Assembly: GCF_963921235.1 (NCBI RefSeq)
Contig: NC_086097.1
Span: forward strand, 216,630,001-216,694,000
Length of the DNA: 64,000 bases
Direction of reading: 5' to 3'
DNA from: Mobula hypostoma
Lineage: Eukaryota
This document shows, in pieces, positions 13,816 to 27,677 of this stretch (positions are counted from its first letter, which is position 1; each line of letters opens with the position of its first letter). Under the pieces are notes generated by a model, which was not told where the DNA came from, searched no databases, and saw only the letters and a program-made list of their open reading frames with translations. Both the position numbers and the translations under genes were made by a program.

Positions 13816-14962
13816 TACCAGTTCAAACAGCAATAATGTAATGTAACGTGAGAACCTTCAGAAGCTCGCACACAAATACTGATAGCACTGGATGCAAACT
13901 TTTATGCAGTAAGCTTTGAAAATTGTTCTGTATCAAGCCTGAACTGATTTGATAATGCCTTATGATTACAGATCACCCTGCTACTAAGAGGGGAGACTAA
14001 CTTTTGACTGCTTGCGGGGACGGGGGGAGAAAAACACTCTGCCATGGAGAGGGGAGACTGCCTTTTGATTGCTGATGGCATCACTCTTCTACGGAGAGGG
14101 AAAGGCCTGTCGCTGTTCCTGGATAATGGATAATATTACTCAGGTTTTCTACATTTTGGATATGGATTGGACTATCAACTTTTCATTTTTTTGTGTGCAG
14201 GGGAGGAGTATTGCAGGGGCGGTTGATGTGTCTGTTCTGTTTTTGTTTTTCGTGCAATGAGGAGGGATTCAGGGATCGATGATCATGCTGCTGTTCTTTT
14301 CTTTCTTTGTTTGTGGCTTTATGGAGAAGAATTTCAGTGTTGTATACTTTGATAATAAATAATAAATAAATCTATTGAATTAATAGATTACCTTTGAAAT
14401 ACACCATGCTTAAGAGAACTTCTTGATTATAGAAGGCTGATGTACACATATCAAATCCATTCCAGTGCACATTAGCCACTGAATAGCCAGTCCGTTGAAG
14501 TATTTTTCAATTTCATTGGATTGCTAACTCCTAGCAGTTCAGATACACCCTGACTATAAGCTTTCAATCAGATACCTTAATAGCAATGCTTTCCTTTCAG
14601 CAGGGTGTCTAGCCAAACCCTTAAACATAGGGACAAAGCAAGAAGGATATGTTGGTCATCTAGCTTGGGGATAGGCAGCAGAAATTAATCTGTAAACTGC
14701 TTAACACTATTTCAAGGCTACGTAGGTGAAAATGGCGAAAGACACCAATCTCTTGGATGTATCAATGCCAGTCAGGAAATTCTACTCCAGACTTTTAGAA
14801 CATGGAGCAACTCCAGACTTTTTTTGTGAGATCTTTGCTTGCCCTAGCATTTTTCTTCCATTCTAGACTCCCCCAGTTCAATTTGCGAAATTCATCTTCC
14901 ACATGATATAACCTCATTAGCCTTTAAAACATTTACTCACAGAACAATCACATCTTACTAAT

Positions 14963-16525
14963 AACAACACACACAAAAAGTGCTAGTAAACGCAGCAGGC
15001 CAGGCAGCATCTATAGGAAGAGGTACAGTCAACATTTCGGGCCGGGACCCTTCGTCAGGACTAACTGAAAGAAGAGATAGTAAAGCTTGAAAGTGGGAGG
15101 GGGAGGGGGAGAACAGAAATGATAGGAGAAGACAGGAGGGGAGGGGTGGATCTAAGAGCTGGAAAGTTGATTGGCAAAAGGGATACCAGGCTGGAGAAGG
15201 GAGAGGATCATGGGACAGGAGGCCTGGGGAGAAAGAAACGGGGGGAGGGGAGCCCGGAGGGTGGAGAGCAGGCAAGGAGTTATAGTGAGAGGGACAGAGG
15301 GAGAAAAAAGAGAGAAAGAAAAGGGTGGGAAATATATATATATATAATACATTAAATAAATAAATAAGGGATGGGTGTGAAGGGGAGGAGGGGAATTAAC
15401 TGAAGTTAGAGAAGTCAATATTCATGCCATCAGGTTGGAGGCTACCCAGACAGAATATAAGGTGTTGTTCCTCCAACCTGAGTGTGGCTTCATCTTGACA
15501 GTAGAGGAGGCCGTGGATAGACATATCAGAATGGGAATGGGACGTGGAATTAAAATGTGTGGCCTTGCTTTCCCTGGCGGACAGAGCGTTGGTGTTCAGC
15601 GAAACAGTCTCCCAGCCTGCGTCGGGTCTCGCCAATATATGGAAGGCCGCACTGGGAGCACCGGATGCAGTACATCACCCCAGCCAACACACAGGTGAAG
15701 TGCCACCTCACCTGGAAGGACTGTCTGAGGCCCTGAATGGTGGTGAGGGAGGAAGTGTAAGGGCATGTGTAGTACTTGTTCCGCTTACAAGGATAAGCGC
15801 CAGGAGGGAGATGAGTGGAAAGGATGGGAGGGGGACGAATGGACAAGCGAGTCGCGTAGGGAGCGATCCCTGCGGAAATCAGAAGGGGGGGGGGAAGATG
15901 TGCTTGGTGGTGGGATCCCGTTGGAGGTGGCGGAAGTTACGGAGAATTATATGTTGGACCCGGAGGCTGGTGGGGTGGTAGGTTAGGACGAGGGGAACCC
16001 TATTCTGAGTCACCCCACCATCACACCCCATCCTTTCTTTCTTTCTTTATTTATTCATTTATTCATTTATTTATTGATTGATTGATTCAATCAATCAATC
16101 AATATTTTTATATAGTTTTTATATTCCCCTGTTTTTCTCTCTCTCTTTTTTCTTCCTCTGTCCCTCTCACTATAACTCCTTGCCTGCTCTCCACCCTCTG
16201 GGCTCCCCTCCCCTTTCTCTTTCTCCCCAGGCTTCCCGTCCCATGATCCTCTCCCTTCTCCAGCCTGGTATCCCTTTTGCCAATCAACTTTCCAGCTCTT
16301 AGATCCACCCCTCCCCTCCTGTCTTCTCCTATCATTTCTGATCTCCCCCTCCCACTTTCAAATCTCTTATCATCTCTTCTTTCAGTTAGTCCTGATAAAG
16401 GGTCCCGGCCCAAAACATTGACTGTACCTCTTCCTATAGATGCTGCCTGGCCTGCTGCGTTCACCAGCATTTTTTGTGTGTGTCGCTTGAATTTCCAGCA
16501 TCTGCAGATTTCCTCATGTCTACGC
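14963..16525. mobile_element. Fold-back Penelope-like insertion (minus arm with GIY-YIG remnant, plus arm with 3' end)
   Basis: The minus arm encodes FQVRWHFTCVLAGVMYCIRCSQCGLPYIGETRRRLGDCFAEH. Strand switches at ~16010. 9-bp TSD CTTACTAAT at 14954-14962 and 16526-16534. Confidence 0.9.
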
Positions 16526-17372
16526 CTTACTAATCTTGCTTTCCCTACAGTTGTGCTATTAAAAGAGCTACACTCAAACCACATTCTTTACTCTTACTGA
16601 GACTGTGACCTGCTGCAACCTGAAATAGAGGTTCACACGTGGTTAGATAGGGCTTCCCTGCAAAAATGCAGGCCTATATAGATTGCACTCCTTTAGTGTT
16701 ACTCCTACAACCAAGAGGCCTGGCTAGGCCTGGCACTCAGCCACAAGTACAGCCTCCCCTGCAGGCAACTGTTCTTCAACAAACGTGTCCAAATCTCTAA
16801 ACCCCCACCCCTCTCCCCACAAACCACTACCTCCTTTTCACTGTATCCATTTACTTTCTGGCCTCACTCCCCTGTAGCTGTGTGAATGCTAATTGTATTC
16901 ACATAATCCTTTCATTGGTGACTGTAGTAAATACAGCTGCTGATATCGCAGCTGTGAGACCAAGTGGCAGCTGCTGCAACTTGCAGAAGATAGATAAGTG
17001 TGCCACTAATGTACTACATGGCATTACGTTACACAAGGAAAACCAAGAATACCATTGTGAACTTCGCAATTGAAAATCTTGATCTTTCAGAGACTTTTGC
17101 TATAAGTGTTAAGATTATCTACAATGCTGCATTAAAACCATTATAAAGACAATAAAGCAAAATCTAGGCCAATTAAAACTACATTGAAGCTAAATCAGCT
17201 GTCTCTATTGTAAAATCAAAATAACTTAAAATCTGAATGATAATAATTAACCACTCCACAGCTAAAGATATTGAAAACAACAAGAATTCTGCAGATGCTG
17301 GAAATTCAAGCAACACACATCAAAGTTGCTGGTGAACGTAGCAGGACAGGCAGCGACTCTAGGAAGAGGTAC

Positions 17373-17408
17373 AGTCGACGTTTCAGGCTGAGACCCTTCG
17401 TCAGGACT
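17373..17408 (-). ncRNA. Minimal type I hammerhead ribozyme motif (PLE-associated), core intact
   Basis: Minus strand AGUC-CUGACGA-AGGGUCUCAGCCU-GAAA-CGUC-GACU: stem I AGUC/GACU, CUGAnGA and GAAA cores, GUC cleavage triplet, palindromic ACGU in place of stem III. Confidence 0.8.
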
Positions 17409-17786
17409 AACTGAAGGAAGAGTTAGTAAGAGATTTGAAAGTGGGAGGGGGAGGGGGAGAGGGCGATCCAAAATGATAGGAGAAGACAGGAGGGGGAGGG
17501 AAGGAGCCAAGAGCTGGACAGGTGATTGGCAAAGGGGATATGAGAGGATCATGGGACAGGAGGTCCAGGGAGAAAGACAAGGAGGGGTGGAATCCAGAGT
17601 ACCATCCTCTGGGTTCTCCCCTCCCCTTGTCTTTCTCCCCAGACCTCCTGTCCCATGATCCTCTCATATCTCCTTTGCCAATCACCTGTCCAGCTCTTGG
17701 CTCCATCCCTCCCCCTCTTGTCTTCTCCTATCATTTTGGATCTCCCCCTCCTCCTTTCAAATCTCTTACTAACTCTTCCTTCAATT

Positions 17787-17822
17787 AGTCCTGACGAACG
17801 GTCTCGGCCTGAAACGTCGACT
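17787..17822 (+). ncRNA. Minimal type I hammerhead ribozyme motif (PLE-associated), core intact
   Basis: AGTC-CTGACGA-ACGGTCTCGGCCT-GAAA-CGTC-GACT; one substitution weakens stem II. Confidence 0.72.
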
Positions 17823-18224
17823 GTACCTCTTCCTAGAGATAAAGATATTGAAGTAAGATCTCTCAGCAAGACAGGCCTGCATTGCAAACCAAACTACAAA
17901 AGGCAAGGTCTGTTATCTTGTGTGTTCGCAGGAAAACACTATACAGATTCCAAAAAAGTTCTATTCCAAAATGTTTGAAGTTTATATTTAAAATTAATAT
18001 GTAGATATTAATTTGTGTAGAAGAAAAAAAATCAGGCATGAATAGAAAAATCAAACTATTTATTTTAGTATATGGCTATGGCTAAAATCTGTGTAACTTA
18101 GTTCTAAATCCTGAATACTCTTCAAAATGCATTAAGAATAGAAGAGATCAACCTTTTCTAGATCAGGCCTTTAGAAAATGCAGCTTAAAAACAAAAAAAA
18201 TGCAACTTGAACATTCTATTCATA

Positions 18225-19725
18225 TATCTCCAGCAATTTTTCTACGCTACATCGACAAATGCATTGCTGCTGCTTCCTACGACCATGCTGAAATTGTTGA
18301 CTTCATCCACTTTCTTCCAATTTCTACCTTACCCTCAAATTTACCTGGTCCATTTCTGACATCTCCCTCCCCATTCTCAATCTCTCTGTCTCTACCTCTG
18401 GAGACAGCTTATCTACTGATATCTATTACAAACCCATGGACTCTCACAGATACCTCCTCCCACCCCATTACATGTAAAAACACCACCCCATTACATGTAA
18501 AAATACCATCCCCTTCTCTCGATTCCTTCGTCTCTGCCACACCTGCTCTCAGGATGAGGCTTTTCATTCCAAAACAAAGGAGATGTCCTCCTTCAAAGAA
18601 AGGGGCTTCACTTCCTCCACCATCAACGCTATCCTCAACACACCTCTTCCATTTCACGCATGTCTGCTCTCACCCTATCCTCCCGCCATCCTACCAGGGA
18701 TAGGGTTCCTCTTGTCCTCACCTACCACCCCACCAGCCTCCACGTCCAGCATACAATTCTCCGCAACTTCCACCATCTCCAACAATATCCCATCACCAAG
18801 CACATTTTCCCGCCCCCTCCCCCCGCAACTTTCTGCTTTCCACAGGGATCGCTCACTATGTGACTCCCTCGCCCATTCGTCCCTTTACACTGATCTCCCT
18901 CCTGGCACTTACCCTTGCAAGTGGAAAAAGTACTACATCTGCCCCTACACCACTTCCTTCACTACCACTCAGGGTCCTAAACAGCCCTTCCAGGTGAGGT
19001 GACTCTTCACCTGTGAGTCTGTTGGGGTCATATACTGCGACGTGCTCCCAGTGTGGCCTCCTGTATATCAGTGAGACCTGACAGAGATTGGGAGACTGCT
19101 TCACAGAGCACCTAAGCTCCAGCTACCAGAGAATGTGGCATCTCCCAGTGGTCACCTATTTTAATTTCACTTGCCATTCTCATATGTCTATCCATGGCCT
19201 CCTCCACTGTCGTGATGGCACCACACTCAGGTTGGAGGAACAACATCTTATATTCAGTCTGGTTAGCCTCCAACCTGATGGCATGAACATCGATTTCTCA
19301 AACTTCTGATAATGCCCCCCCCCACCTCTCTTTCCCCAGTCCCCATTCCCTTTTCCCTCTTTCACCTCATCTCCTTGCCTGCCATAACCTCCCTCTGCGT
19401 CTCCTCCTTTTTCTTTCTTCCATGGCCTTCAGCCCTCTTCTATCAGACTTCCCCCCTTCCCCAACCCTGCATCTCTTTCACCAATCTACTTCTCAGCTCT
19501 TTATTTCATCTCTCCCCTTTCAGGTTTCACCTATTACCATGTGTTTCTCTTTCCTCCACCCCACCTTTTAAATCTACTCCTCAGCATTTTTTCTCCAGTC
19601 CTGCCGAAGGGTCTCGGCCCGAAACATCGACTGTACTCCTTTCCATAGATGCTGCCTGGCCTGTTGAGTTCCTCCAGCATTTTCTGTAGACTGTTTGGAT
19701 TTCCAGCATCTGCAAATTTTCTCAT
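18225..19725 (+). mobile_element. 5'-truncated Penelope-like retroelement (Neptune-like): RT C-terminus, Cys linker, GIY-YIG endonuclease, 3' repeat
   Basis: FLRYIDKC (YxDD-derived), RDRVPLVLTYHP, PGTYPCKWKKYYICPY linker, GIY-YIG remnant ending EEQHLIFSLVSLQPDGMNIDF, and a degenerate hammerhead at 19597-19632. Confidence 0.92.
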
Positions 19726-19889
19726 TTTCCATTCAGATATTACTTTTGTTTATGTTTTCAATTCATTCATCACAAACGTTTTGTATAAATTTACCTTTCT
19801 CCCCTAAAACGCAAGAGCAAAGTGCATAGGACTGAACTTTAGACACCAATTAAACAGCAACATACAGTACCAAAGACAGAACACTGAGC

Positions 19890-20270
19890 ACATCTGCATG
19901 GAGTGCTGTCTCAGGAAAGCAGTCCATCAAGGACCACCACCATCCAAGCCATACTCTCTTGTCGCTGCTGCCATCAGGAAGGCAGTGCAGAAGCCTCAAG
20001 ACTCACACCAGATTCAGGAACAGTCATTATCTCTCAACTATCAGGCTTTTGAATCAGAGGGGATAACTTCACTAAACTTCAACCACCCCAATACTGAACT
20101 ATTCCTATGGCCTATGGACCGATTTTCAAGGACGCGACTCTTGTTCTCAATATTTATTACTGATTTATTATTATAACTTCTTGTTTGTTTCTTTATATTT
20201 ACTGTGAATGCCCACAAGAAAATTAATCTCAGCATTGCATATGTTGACATATGTACTTTGATAATAAATT
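19890..20270 (+). mobile_element. Rex1/Babar-like LINE 3' fragment
   Basis: CLRKA, gctgccatcagg and ttcaggaacag motifs shared with the Rex1 3' end at 32160-32330; ends with gataataaa. Confidence 0.7.
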
Positions 20271-21616
20271 GCAAAAATTATGAATATCACCAAGGTAAAC
20301 AAACAAATGAGGCAGTAATCCAAGGATGGAATGCAGGTGCACACCCATTAAAGGAAACCATTGCAGAAGCAATTGGTTTTCCTACCACAAGTAGGTTTAA
20401 CCCAGGACAGGTAGTGATAGCAGATGGTCCAGAAAGCAAACATACCTCATTGTTGACTGTGCCAATCCCACAGAAAAAAAGAGAAGTCAAAGTAGTACTA
20501 AGGAAAATAGTGCATTATAGCAAGGCAACTTCAAAGGATAGTGGAAGCACAGTATCTGAATATTATAAAAGGTAGAGGTAGATAGAAACATGATAAGCAG
20601 GGAGGGGTTGAAAAATACCACTGGTAGAAGAAAATGCAAAGATGAAGCAACAATCAGATCAGCTAAAAATAGCACGGCAGGCTTTGGGTACCAAGTGGCT
20701 GACCCTTGCTCCTTATTTGTGTGACCATACAAAATGAAGTCAGATGGAAAGGGGAGATGAAATAATTTAGGGATCTGAGGGGAAGGGAAGATTAAACAAA
20801 ATGATTATCAGAGATGAATACAGGACAATAGTTGAAGTGGACAGAAGAGCACAGACATATCTTGATGACTTCAGTAAATTTTAGTTGAAAGAGAAATTGT
20901 ATGATCTGGAGTTATATCAACATAGAAACGAAGGCACAAGGGAAGACTGCCACATAGAAAGTGAGTTTGCCAAGGATGTGATCAGGAAAGGGAAGATATG
21001 GTTTAAGGTAGAAGAACACACTGGGCAACGCTCTTTAAAAAGCAAAATCCAAGACTTTGTGACTTCTTAATAGAAAAAATTATGTCAATAGCAGCTAATC
21101 AAATTATCTCAACCTTTGAGCAAAGAAACTCATGCACAAAATCAAAGGGCATGAAACCTTGACTCAATGATCTCCTTACATCCACACTCTCACAATTCAA
21201 GAAATTCTACAGCTAGCAGGGAAAAAAAACACATTAATTTTTTTCCACCTCCAGGCCAAGATCGAAATCAATTATGTTTCCACTATTCAGCTCTGATCAC
21301 TTGACTCAGTACAAACCAAGAGCTGACTTTTTATTTTAATCCTTGATAACGAGGAATCCAATAGCTACCCTTGCATATCACGTTTTACTTTGTATGTAGA
21401 GCCAATGTCAGTTATCCAATAGAAGTTTTGTCACTGCAGCAAATTACTACTTTGAAAAGTTCAGACTACCAAAGATTTAAAGAAAAACATGTTAGTGTTG
21501 AGTACTTGTGGAGAAGAGAGCAAGTCAAGGAATATTGGAGTCAATAGCAAGCTCCACCACAGAATTGCTGTCCATTGCTATATATAGTTAATTTCACGGC
21601 ATAGAACAATAATACT

Positions 21617-21945
21617 CAATAGGTTTCAATATGTACATTTAATGTCAGAGAAATGTATACAACATACATCCTGAAATACTTTTTTCTTTGCAAACATCCA
21701 TGAAAACAGGGGAGTGCCCCAAAGAATGAATGACAATTAAACATTAGAACCCAAAGCCCCCCACCAGCTCCCTCCTCCCACGCACAAGCAGCAGCAAGGC
21801 AATGACCCCCACCAGCAAAAAAAAGCATCAGCGCCCTCACCAAGCACTCAAGTGTGAAGCAAAGCATCAATAAAGACAGACTTGCAGTATCCCAAAGGCT
21901 ACTCGTTTACCCAGTAATTTGACATATCACAGGCTCTCTCTCTCT
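21617..21945 (-). repeat. Unclassified SINE-like interspersed repeat, 3' part
   Basis: Reverse complement of 48700-48806 joined to 50722-50942; it shows the empty site of the hAT insertion there. Confidence 0.8.
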
Positions 21946-23491
21946 ATTCCAAACACATTGTAATTAGCTTTCAACAATAGTTGTTATTCAATTGTTTATG
22001 ACATCATAGCCCAGATTTCCCACCCAAGATGATAAAAGCTAATAAAATGTCATAAAAATAGATATAATATGCAATCTGTGCATTCAATAAACATTTTTTC
22101 CATGAACTTTGCAAGTTGCAGAATGCCATGTTGTATTTTCAAAGATCTTAATCCACTAAAGCTACAATAAATAGATTTAATCCAATGCAAATAATTTAGT
22201 TTCATATCACTATTTCATAATTACTATGTTATTTACAGTAAATGATTATTCTTTCTTTTCAAATCTTTTTATTGTTATATTATACAAAAGAAATAACACA
22301 AGTACATTGAAGTAACAACACTTACAATGTCTCAAAAAAGACATTATCTTAAAGATTGAAAAAAAAGTGATAACAAAAATAACCTACTAAACAGAAAAAG
22401 TGAGAAAAAAGAACCCATTAGGTGTACAACCCCGGAGCCAGGCATCATACAAAAGGCTTCTAAAAATAAACATCAAACCACCAGCAAGAAAAGAAAATGT
22501 ACCAAAAAATTTACAATTAGATCGTGGAAAAAATCTATCAATTAGCTCAAATGATAATAACAAGCAAATGAGCCCCATCTTTTCTCAAAATCAAATAAAG
22601 GTTCGAAGGTTCAACTTCTAATTTTCTCCAAACTAAGACATAGTACGGTAAATGATTATTGACCACCATCGTAACATCTTTAACTAGACAAAATTACATC
22701 GCAAAAACTTGAATAAGAGGTTGGGAACCATCGTTCTACAGAAACAAGAAAATTCAGGTCATCCTTGACTTCAGATAATGCAATTGAAAAATGCAACTAA
22801 AGGAAATTGCCCAGAGGAAATAGTTTTGCCGTGCACATCCATGGTCAGAATAGAAATTTGCATGATAGCTACAGTTCACCTTTCAATAGAATTATAACCC
22901 CCAGTAATGAAAAATTACCTGCACGTTTGCTCATGGAAGACGTATTATAAATTTAAGTCTGCTGGTTTTATTCTGGACAATCTATGCTGATACCCTGGGG
23001 AAAGCTGAATCTGAGATCACAGCTATTAATTTAGCTATTTACGTATCGATCTGTGCACATGACTGAAGAGAAGAGGTGGAGAGGCTGGGGCAGATTCTTC
23101 AATTTTCTGAATTCTGTACTTGTAACAGAATTTTGGGGAATATGTTATGGAATATGCTTACAATTGTCTTAATATGCAGGCTTGTTTTAGTAGGTTTTGA
23201 ATCAAGACATAAATCCCTTAACTGATCCTTCTATGCTCTGAAATGAAATGACAAATTAGCTGTGGATCCTTGGCCTAACTAGTTATAGGTGCACATACAT
23301 AGTCACAAACAACTTCTTTAACCCCTTTCTGGTCTGATTTTTAGAAAAAAAAACTGTATATTGGAAACATTATATATTTCAAGATCTAGCCACCAAGAAT
23401 TCATCTTTAAACTAAATGTATCAATAAATTCTAATTTGTCAGATTTGAAGACTGGCATAATTTTCGTGAAGAGCAAAATCACTTAACTTAC

Positions 23492-23555
23492 CATTTGTTA
23501 ATCTGTCAAAAAGAAAGATGTCAAAATTCCAACTTCCATCCTTTTCCAGCATACA
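23492..23555 (-). CDS. PDE7A: PDE7A coding exon (exon 5 equivalent), 64 nt, [21 protein letters not shown](G)
   Basis: ttgtactttcag|TGTATGCTG...ACAAATG|gtaagt. Contains WNFDIF, the start of the class I PDE catalytic domain. Confidence 0.96.
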
Positions 23556-24169
23556 CTGAAAGTACAAAATTAATAATCCTCAGAAAAAATCTTTAAAATC
23601 TGAAATTCATTTTTAAAGAACAGCTTAATTCTTTATCATTACAACAAGTGCCCACTCTGAGGTTTCTCCATTCACCACTAGGAAATATTGGACAAAACAG
23701 GACAGAGAATTGGAACATTGATGGGTGGAGGCTACAGAGTTGTTCGTACAGTGGGAATGTGATCCAAAGTTCATTAGATGGGTGTTTGTTTGGAGATGGC
23801 TATAAGTCATTGGCATACATAGTTGGCAAGAATGATGGAAAGATACAACACAACTCTTATTCTACATGCATCTACCATATGTAAATTTTGTTTATTCAGA
23901 ACAATGAACAGTGAATGAACAGGCATAGTCTGTGTAAAAAGATGAGAGCAAAACACAATCTTCTGTAGAAACCATTTACAAGTCAGTGTCTAAAGCTGAT
24001 TAAGTTTCACAATTGTAAACAATGTTTTGTTTAGAACACAATCCATACAAAATAATTAAGCGTAATAGATCCGTTTTTATAATTCATTGTGAATTAAATG
24101 AAAATCCCAAATGGCATATTCAAGAATGAAACTGCCCTTGATTTTCCAAAGACAATTCATTAACTATAA

Positions 24170-24755
24170 CATAGGATACCATGTTGAAGTTGTACAAGAC
24201 ATTGGTGAGGCTTAATTTGTAGTACTGTGTGCAGTTTTGGTCACCTACCTACAGGAAAGGTGAAAATAAGGCTGGAAGAATACAGAGAAAATTCACAAGG
24301 ATGTTGCCGAGTCTGGAAGACCTGAGTTATAAGGAAAAATTGAATAGATTGGGACTTTATTCCATTGAAAATAGAAGACTGAGAGGAGATTTGATAGAGG
24401 TATACAAACTATCAGAGGTATTAGTAGGGTAAATGCAAGCAGGCTTTCTCCACAGAGGTTTGGTGGGGGCACAACCAGAGGTCATGGGTTACGGGTGAAG
24501 GGTGAAAAGTTTAATGGGAACATAAGGGGAAACTTCTTCACTCAGAGGGTCATGATAGTGTGGAACGAGCTTCTAGCACAAATGATGCATGCAACCTCAA
24601 TTTCAATGTTTAAGAGAAATTTAGATAGGTACATTGATGGTAGGGGTATGGAGGGCTATGGTCCAGCTGCAGGTTGATGGGAGTAGGCAGTTTAAACGGT
24701 TTGGCATATACTAGATGAGCCAAAGGGTCTAGTTCTGTGCTGTACTTTTCTATAC
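24170..24755 (+). mobile_element. CR1 LINE 3' fragment
   Basis: QFWSP...QRKFTRMLP...LRGDLIEVYK and NFFTQRV...WNEL. Confidence 0.9.
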
Positions 24756-25599
24756 AAGGAGACAGTGAACTTGCAAATGTAATTTTATCTTTATTGGCAA
24801 AATCATCGGTAATTCACAAGGTTTTAGACTGAGGAAATATAACCAATGGGTCACTGCTCAACTTCAATTTGCTGAGAAAAATAACCCCAATTGCCAAAAG
24901 GGCAAAATTAATGTGGCTTACTTCTCCAAAACTTCAAAAAGGGGAAAACAGTATTGCCATAACTGCTAATCATATATCCTAGTGGCAAATAGTCAGTTTC
25001 AAATAAATAATTTCTTAAATTGGTGACTAAATGGATTAAGAGTCATTACTGGCTTTAATGCCCTAAAGCTAAAGATGCAAAATTGTTAGCCAAGTTTCCT
25101 GCACTGATCATTATTCAATAAACTCAGATTAATGTACAAAACATAAAACAATTTTATGCGATTACGTTATGGATATAGAGAAGTTTCAAAAGTGGTTTAT
25201 AAAAATATTGAAGAGAGGCAACAATATATTGTACAACGTCCACTGTTAGGAGTGAACTGGTAACATATGGAAGCAGTAGACCTTCCAAGCTAATGAGCAT
25301 AAAGATGTGGAGTTATTTCCCTACAGGCAAGACTACAAAATTCAGCTCAGTAGTAGGCATTGCTGCCTCTAATCCCTGTCCCGCAGGGTGCTAAAATAGT
25401 TGATTTAGTATTGAATCAGTATTTTAAAGTACAAAGAATGATGCTCCAGGTAATCTGCTGGACTAGAGATCATTTCCAAATATAAAGTTATTTGTGAGAT
25501 GGTTCTTTGGTATGATTCAACATACAGATTTGTGAATAGTGGTGTCTGTGTCCACCCTGAGTGATTTGAAGCTGGTTACCGGTATGGTAACTGATTTAC

Positions 25600-25885
25600 C
25601 AGAATCAGGTTTATTATCACTGGCATGTGTTGTGACATTTGATAACTTAGCAGCAGCAATTAATTGCAATACATAATATAGAGGAAAATATATAATAAAA
25701 TAATAATAAGTAAATGAATTACAGTAGAAGTAAACTGAATAGATCAAAAATCATGCAAAAAATATATATATATTTAAAAAGTGAGATAGTGTTCACAGGT
25801 TCATTTAAGAATCAGATGGCAGAGGGGAAGAAGCTGTTCCTGAATTGCTGAATACCAGACGGTGATGCAGCCTGTCAGAATGCCA
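25600..25885 (-). mobile_element. Rex1-like LINE 3' fragment
   Basis: Begins with the reverse of the aataaacctgattctg tail; same family as 27938-28285 and 32330-32680. Confidence 0.75.
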
Positions 25886-26026
25886 TAGAACAAAGAGCCA
25901 TAAGTTATCAGTTGTCACTTGTGGAAATAAATGAATACTGACTTGGCCCAGGGCCAATAACGTGACAAAGTTCAGTCAGATGACCTGCAGCCAACAAGAT
26001 TGCAAGGCAACATTTGAACTAATAAG

Positions 26027-26965
26027 CAACACACATAAAAAAATGCTGGTGGAACGCAGCAGGCCAGGCAGCATCCATAGGAAGAGGTACAGTCAACGTT
26101 TCAGGCGGAGACCCTTTGTCAGGACTAACTAAAAGAAGAGATGGTAAGAGATTTGAAAGTGAGAGGGGGAGGGGGAGATCGGAAATGATAGGAGAAGACA
26201 GGAGGGGGAGAGATGGAGCCAAGAGCTGGAAAGTTGATTGGCAAAAGGGATACGAGGCTGGAGAAGGGAGAGGATCATGGGACGGGAGGCCTAGAGAGAG
26301 AGAAAGGGGGAGGGGGGAAGCCCAGAGGATGGGCAGGATCCCCCAGTGGCCACACATTTTAATTACACGTGCTATTCCCATTCTGATATGTCTATCCACG
26401 GCCTCCTACTGTCAAGATGAAGCCACACTCAGGTTGGAGGAACAACACCTTATATTCCGTCTGGGTAGCCTCCAACCTGATGGCATGAACGTTGACTTCT
26501 CTAACTTCCGTTAATGCCCCACCTCCCCCTTGTACCCCATCCGTTATTTATTTAACAAATAAATAACATTCTTTTCCTCTCTCTCCTTTTTCTCCCTCTG
26601 TCCCTCTCACTATACCCCTTGCCAATCCTCTGGGTTTTCCCCCTCCCCCTTGCTTTCTCCCTAGGCCTCCTGTCCCATGATCCTCTCCCTTCTCCAGCCT
26701 CACATCCCTTTTGCCAATCAACTTTCCAGCTGTTAGCTCCATCCCTCCCCCTCCTGTCTTCTCCTGTCATTTCGGATCTCCCCCTCCCCCTCCCACTTTC
26801 AAATCTCTTACTATCTCTTCTTTCAGTTAGTCCTGACAAAGGGTCTCGGCCCGAAATGTCGATTGTACCTCTTCCTATAGATGCTGCCTGGCCTGCTGCA
26901 TTCACCAGCATTGTTTGTGTGTGTTGCTTGAAATTCCAGCATCTGCAGATTTCCTCATGTTTGCA
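26027..26965. mobile_element. Fold-back Penelope-like insertion
   Basis: Minus arm 26027-~26335; plus arm with GIY-YIG C-terminus and 3' end. 15-bp TSD ATTTGAACTAATAAG at 26012-26026 and 26966-26980. Both hammerhead motifs are mutated. Confidence 0.92.
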
Positions 26966-27677
26966 ATTTGAACTAATAAGAATTGTTTAAAAGTAAGAAG
27001 CTTTAAATGCAAAGTGGCAACCACTCTCTGGAGACCAACCATAGCTGACATGGTGGACCCCACATCACAGTGGGATCACTACTTTCCTGAGTATTACTTT
27101 TTCTATTCTGTGAACTTTCATGAAGGGTCAGGGAAACTTAGTAGGTGTGCACACAGGTATCCAGCTGTGTAAATTCATGTGCTTTTTAGTTGAGACAATA
27201 ATGGTACTTGTCAATAAATATAGATTCTCTCTGTACCTAACTGAACATTATCATTATTAAGGGGGAGTCCTTGTAACAAACTAATAAAGCTGTCAGGAAT
27301 TATCAAATTACCAGAGGGTCCCAAAAATTCATTAAGTTCACAAACGTCCTTCAGTGAAGATAATTTGCCAGCCTCTCCGTCCAGTGTATATGCAATTCTT
27401 ACAGTCTTCTCTTAGTGACAAATCCTATATATTAAATACATTTGTGAGAAGCATTGAGAGGAGCAAGGGCATTTAATACACTCTTGGTGAGTCTCCAAAA
27501 GTTTACTGCTGACTGATTCAGTGGCACAACTGCCCAAGCAGGCAGAGTCTTGACAAACAACCACCAAACTGGGTCTGTGGCAGGAGCTCAGAAAACCAAT
27601 CTACTTGAACTTTTCCCTACCAATTAAGGATTGTTGCAGAGTAATGGCTTCAAAACCAATACAGTAGCTAAAATTAG

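Larger units (their letters stand above)
17276..17839. mobile_element. Fold-back non-coding Penelope-like insertion
   Basis: Inverted arms of ~230 bp about a junction at ~17590. 13-bp TSD TAAAGATATTGAA at 17263-17275 and 17840-17852. Confidence 0.92.

Noticed and set aside
14958..17978. Cluster of recurrent ORFs (MIGEDRRG..., ...SVSPDEGSRPETSTVPLP...) as a novel peptide family
   Set aside because: These are chance translations of the stop-poor non-coding PLE terminal repeat on both strands.
20204..20575. 123-aa ORF as a possible nested gene
   Set aside because: It begins in a Rex1 tail and continues into purine-rich sequence resembling eroded CR1 ORF1; no splice structure.
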